Of a DNA stretch of 64,000 nt, positions 62,982 to 64,000 are shown piece after piece (the stretch's first letter is position 1; the number at the start of each line of letters is the position of its first letter). The notes below the pieces were generated by a model that saw nothing but the letters and a program-made list of their open reading frames with translations, made no database searches and was not told the origin of the DNA. The DNA is from an uncultured Nitrospiraceae bacterium (GTDB lineage: Bacteria; Nitrospirota; Nitrospiria; Nitrospirales; Nitrospiraceae): contig CAVPLT010000002.1 in the NCBI GenBank assembly GCA_963706325.1, forward strand, positions 96,001 to 160,000, in the 5' to 3' direction. The position numbers were made by a program, and so were the translations under genes.

Positions 62982-64000
62982 TCACGAAACTGAAACATTT
63001 TTAGCTGTCTCTGGCTGAACGGTTGCGATGCGTGCTGACTCTTTCCGTATGGCCGACCATTTCCTCGCATATAAGCAGCACTCTCTGAACACGATGAACG
63101 AGATGATGGCGCCTGGGTAAAACCAGAATCCCCCAAACCGCGACGTGATGCCTCCACAAATCAAGGCCACAATCATGGAGGTGAAATCGGCTACCGGGCC
63201 GAGTGGCTCGAACACCTGCATATGTTTGGAATTAGTCATGAGGCCATCCTTGCGGATCACCTCCTGCTGCCAGGGGCGTTTCTCATACGGTTTCAGCCGA
63301 TCGGTTTGCGGAACGCCTGGCGCAGCCGTATCCTTCAGGACATTGTCGTCGCAGGCATCGATGCAGGCGTAGCATTTGATGCACTCGGTGTTAATCACCT
63401 TCCCATTAAAATGAAATATCTCCCGACTGACATCGATGCCTTGCGGGCAGGCATTACTACAGTCGCGGCAGCCGGTGCACTGGGCCACGCGTGTGATTTT
63501 TGTCTGTACCGGTGAGATGTTCATGAGCGGGACCATCATGGGAGCATAAGGACAGAGAATCCGACAAAATGCGCCCTGCCCATAGCGTAAGTTCAGTACG
63601 ATGCTCATGGTGAATTGAATGAACAGAGCCAGCCCGAATGCCAGCAGGTAATCATTCCACGTCGGCTTGATGTCAAAATTGAAGAACGCGGTCTTTGCGA
63701 ACGCCTTGCCCTCATAGCCAGGCAAGTCCGCAATGGGCACCGGCGCCATGACGTTTACCTTGGGGGAGAAGCCGACGTTGTGAATGAGGATGATGACTGG
63801 CAGCAGAAGTACAAATAGGGCGCCTATCCTCAAGAGCCAGCGATGAGGCGTGTTGACCAGCACGTTTTTTTCGCGCAGGTTCATATACTGGCGCACCTTC
63901 AACTTGCGTAGGATCCAATCCGCGAATTCGATCGCCCCGCGCATGTGACAGACCCAGCCGCAAAACCCACGTCCCCAAATCAAGATGGAGACTAAGATAA
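62982..64000 (-). CDS. Membrane 4Fe-4S protein (NapH/MauN-like polyferredoxin), 5'-truncated by the window
   Basis: GRGFCGWVC, FCRILCP, CTGCRDCSNACP, CIKCYACIDAC. Confidence 0.88.
   Translation of the reverse strand, partial: ILVSILIWGRGFCGWVCHMRGAIEFADWILRKLKVRQYMNLREKNVLVNTPHRWLLRIGALFVLLLPVIILIHNVGFSPKVNVMAPVPIADLPGYEGKAFAKTAFFNFDIKPTWNDYLLAFGLALFIQFTMSIVLNLRYGQGAFCRILCPYAPMMVPLMNISPVQTKITRVAQCTGCRDCSNACPQGIDVSREIFHFNGKVINTECIKCYACIDACDDNVLKDTAAPGVPQTDRLKPYEKRPWQQEVIRKDGLMTNSKHMQVFEPLGPVADFTSMIVALICGGITSRFGGFWFYPGAIISFIVFRECCLYARKWSAIRKESARIATVQPETAKNVSVS

Overview
The window is a moderately GC-rich bacterial chromosome segment. Its gene style (small PilZ proteins, a HEAT plus HD-GYP pair, DUF362, Skp) suggests Nitrospira, which is an inference. 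The left end has a frameshifted gap tail, a cytochrome b relic, tRNA-Phe(GAA), tRNA-Ser(GCT), a di-haem cytochrome c peroxidase, a hidden metallothionein-like ORF, a NUDIX hydrolase and tRNA-Ser(TGA). An ~18.6 kb integrative element (7869-26518) is bounded by a perfect 42-bp direct repeat equal to the 5' half of tRNA-Ser(TGA). It separates the tRNA from serS, and its att core lies inside the integrase reading frame, so integration and excision swap the integrase C-terminus. The element looks like a composite phage satellite: int, XRE, Xis, TerS-like, DUF3987 helicase, primase Zn-finger, AlpA, a second integrase, a divergent RHH switch, Imm, an orphan ejection-type protein and GT-C/PilZ cargo. 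It also has arm-type sites and 9-bp iteron triplets at two loci. The right part is mostly housekeeping (serS, zwf, gnd, ltaE, skp, nfeD/SPFH, a two-component pair). It also contains a radical SAM enzyme coupled to a 91-aa protein built from a 40-aa duplication with two GTPxP(D/N) motifs (best candidate for a novel system), a lipase-CHAT-zincin-like fusion, and a ProA paralogue lacking its catalytic Cys. Several frameshifts are single-base losses in short homopolymers and may be assembly errors. No CRISPR array or rRNA was seen.
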